Source: Podarcis gaigeae (Eukaryota). Taken from it: a DNA stretch of 64,000 nt. A model generated the notes under the pieces. The model was not told the origin of the DNA. It did no database searches and saw only the letters and a program-made list of their open reading frames with translations. Numbering within the stretch: the stretch's first letter is position 1; each line of letters starts with the position of its first letter. The stretch lies in assembly GCA_964106915.2 (NCBI GenBank), contig OZ066919.1; one strand, given 5' to 3'. The position numbers and the translations under genes were made by a program. This document shows positions 62,776 through 64,000 of the stretch, piece after piece.

Positions 62776-63565
62776 TGTTTTTATACACTCTGTTTACAGA
62801 GGAAAACAATTGTAGATGCACCATTCCACCAAAAGCCAGGGATCCTAAGGGCTAGGGCAATATTGCAGGAAGGGTTGGATGGGCCAGGCCCAGAATAAAA
62901 CCTTTTCCTTGAGATGGGTTTCCAGTCAGGCTATCAGAGCCGTTGCCAGCATTTATATATCCAAATAGGTGCAGGCATGACTGTGGTGCAATACGAGAGG
63001 CCAAGAAGGGAAGATGGCTCAGGGGTGGGGGTGGAGAAGGGGCACAGATGCAGCTAACTAGCTGGGTAGGCATGATGTCTGTCTACGTTCTCAACTACAG
63101 GGGTTGAGATGGACCTTGCACACACTCTGATGTGTTCAACTCAGTGACGGCCAACTCATCTTGAAGAGACATTTTCTTCAGGGAGGAATTAACATTTACA
63201 AATGAGACCTATTAGAGTAAATAAAGGCGATTGTCATTTGGCTCAGGAGGCAATGGAGACCATAGGCTTAGATACAAATCTGATTAGGGAGATGCGCCAT
63301 TTGGAGGGGGAGGCAGCCTTTGGCATTGATTGGGTGTGTATGTGTGTGTGTGTTATTTATTTATTGACTTGGACACAGGAGCATTGAGCATTTAGCCTAG
63401 GCAAAGCAGCAGAATGGCAGGGGACATGCTTATGAGGCAGATTTGGAATGGACTAGGCAGGTTGGTGAGGAATATTACCACAATTATCAGGTCAAAATAA
63501 TCAGGACATGGGGGGCACTAAACAGAATGACACTGTTGAGACCAACAGTATATCTTCCTTTGCAA

Positions 63566-63942
63566 GGGTTGCGGGTGGCGTTGTGGTCTAAACCACTGAG
63601 CCTCTGGGGCTTGCTGATCTGAAGGTCAGCAGTTTGAATCTGTGTGACTGGGTGAGCTCCTGTTGCTCCATCCCAGCTTCTGTCAACCTAGCAGTTTGAA
63701 AGCACACCAGTGCAAGTAGATAAATAGGTATCACTTCGTCAGCAAGGTAAACGGTGTTTCCATGCGCTCTGGCTTCCGTCACGGTGTTCCGTAGTGCCAG
63801 AAGTGGTTTAGTCATGCTGGCCACATGACTTGTCTGTGGACAAATGCCGGCTCCCTCAGCCTGAAAGCAAGATGAGCATCACACCCCAAAGTCGCCTTTG
63901 ACTGGACTTAACTGTACAGGGGTCCTATACCTTTTTACCTTA
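63566..63942 (+). mobile_element. Sauria SINE (Squam1), near full length
   Basis: Head gcgggtggcg.tgtggtctaaaccactgagcc, body caacctagcagtt.gaaagcac..caagtagataaataggta..ttagtcatgctggccacatgac, and an ACCTTT-type tail. Confidence 0.92.
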
Positions 63943-64000
63943 CATTACTTTTAAACGAGCAAATAAAAAAAATTATAAATCTGTTACTGAGTTGAGTGGT

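Larger units (their letters stand above)
16066..64000 (-). other. ERI3: ERI3 last intron (about 48 kb or more, continues past the window)
   Basis: AG acceptor at 16066-16067. The expected preceding exon (...WPKNGL...GRPHSGI) was not found by eye in the window. Confidence 0.7.

Noticed and set aside
1-64000. The bulk of the 60-180 aa ORFs in the supplied track
   Set aside because: They have no recognisable domains, many use non-ATG starts, and they overlap on both strands inside introns and repeats. This is expected background in vertebrate DNA. Only 5605..5973 contains a real exon.
16066-64000. ERI3 penultimate exon within the window
   Set aside because: Manual search for reverse-complement codons of WPKNG, DMNKG and HIGRPHSGI found no match. 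A tBLASTn search would be definitive.

Overview
This is vertebrate genomic DNA from a squamate, most likely a lacertid lizard, judged from a Sauria SINE and lizard-type MITE/SINE families. It holds the convergent 3' ends of two genes. DMAP1 (+ strand) contributes its last three coding exons (4593-4665, 5675-5958, 10255-10314). ERI3 (- strand) contributes its terminal exon (CDS 15983-16065, AATAAA at 15425-15430). The rest of the window (16066-64000, about 48 kb) appears to be a single ERI3 intron, since I could not find the preceding exon by eye. The non-coding space alternates between transposon remnants (hAT and Tc1/mariner MITEs with target-site duplications, SINEs, CR1/L2 ends, one solo LTR) and many TE-free, TAAT/ATTA-rich, CpG-retaining blocks that look like conserved developmental enhancers. 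Conservation of those blocks is inferred, not measured. Almost all entries in the ORF track are chance ORFs. I see no prokaryotic-type system. The best leads are a reading frame open from the first base of a solo LTR, a candidate 40-nt exon that would yield a catalytically dead ERI3, the enhancer-like array extending into DMAP1 introns, and short non-tandem local duplications. A 140-N assembly gap lies at 34444-34583.
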